This document shows positions 63,246-64,000 of a stretch of 64,000 nt of DNA, piece after piece (positions within the stretch are counted from its first letter, which is position 1; each line of letters starts with the position of its first letter). The stretch is from positions 14,944,001 through 15,008,000 of the forward strand of contig NW_024704743.1 of NCBI RefSeq assembly GCF_018977255.1, read 5' to 3'. The position numbers and the translations under genes were made by a program. The stretch comes from Callorhinchus milii. Its lineage: Eukaryota. The notes beneath the pieces are model-generated. The model was not told where the DNA came from. It did no database searches and saw nothing but the letters and a program-made list of their open reading frames with translations.

Positions 63246-64000
63246 ACAATCCCAAGTTCTTTCGGGGATCCAGTCCACCACTGGGCCCATTACTTATAAA
63301 TAGAGCACATGCAAATGGGGTCCACGGGTATTTTTGGCATCAGGCCCACAAAAGGTTAATCCAGCCTTGACACTGATCATTAAAACTAACAATCTTGTTG
63401 TTGCATCTTTATAATAGGATTAACGTAGACACGCTTTAAGATGTCCTACCTGATGTGAAAGGCACTATATGAATGTAAATCATATTGTATTGAGATTTTC
63501 TTGTTATAAAAACAAAGTAAAGCAAAAATAATTAATAATAATCATTACATTTGGTAAAGCATCCTCACATTGCGGGTGAACTCAAATCGCTTCACAGGAC
63601 ATATTGTAAAATGTAATAACTGTATTTTTTAGGTGAACAATGTCTGTTTTTAGTGATCAGCATTGGACAGATTTCCCACAGTCTTCAGTGGGGCCTCTCC
63701 AGTGTCTAGTCACAGTAACCAGAGTATGTATCTCCTCGGTTTCCAGTGTTTAATCAAAGCTAGAATCAGAGAGATGGAAGGAGCAATTAAACCCATGTGA
63801 GCCATGTAATTGGTCCTTTGGAATAACAATCTCCCTTGGGTATAATTAACCGTAACATCATGGAAATGAGGTAAATAACTAATCAGCTTTAAACAGAACA
63901 GTTATTGGTATTTCTCACTATAGTAAACACGTCATAACATACAATTCATTACAACGTAGTATGCTCCTTGACTACAAGGCTCCTTCAGAATGAGATGTTA

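Overview
Repeat-rich vertebrate non-coding DNA (gene desert or large intron). The repeat types point to a cartilaginous fish, most likely a chimaera/elephant-shark relative; this is an inference from the tRNA-Deu-L2 SINEs, single-ORF L2 LINEs, CR1 LINEs and a Penelope element. I found no credible host protein-coding exon. Every ORF I could recognise comes from a retroelement (L2/CR1 APE-RT fragments, Penelope RT + GIY-YIG, Gypsy gag). The most notable items: (1) a decayed non-autonomous Gypsy element whose gag is joined almost directly to an integrase C-terminal domain, PPT and short LTR, with no PR/RT/RNaseH/IN core; (2) locally templated fillers at several L2 junctions, including a 380-bp copy and a 93-bp inverted copy; (3) a 3' stem-loop with compensatory changes shared by two L2 families and two SINE subfamilies; (4) a chimeric tRNA-CORE-Deu-L2 SINE; (5) a nested L2/CR1 stack that can be rebuilt from target-site duplications (TSDs); (6) a mutated hammerhead-ribozyme motif in the Penelope terminal region; (7) a hAT-type MITE with empty-site evidence; (8) several enhancer-like unique segments and hairpins. 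Everything was read by eye, so boundaries of old repeats are approximate.
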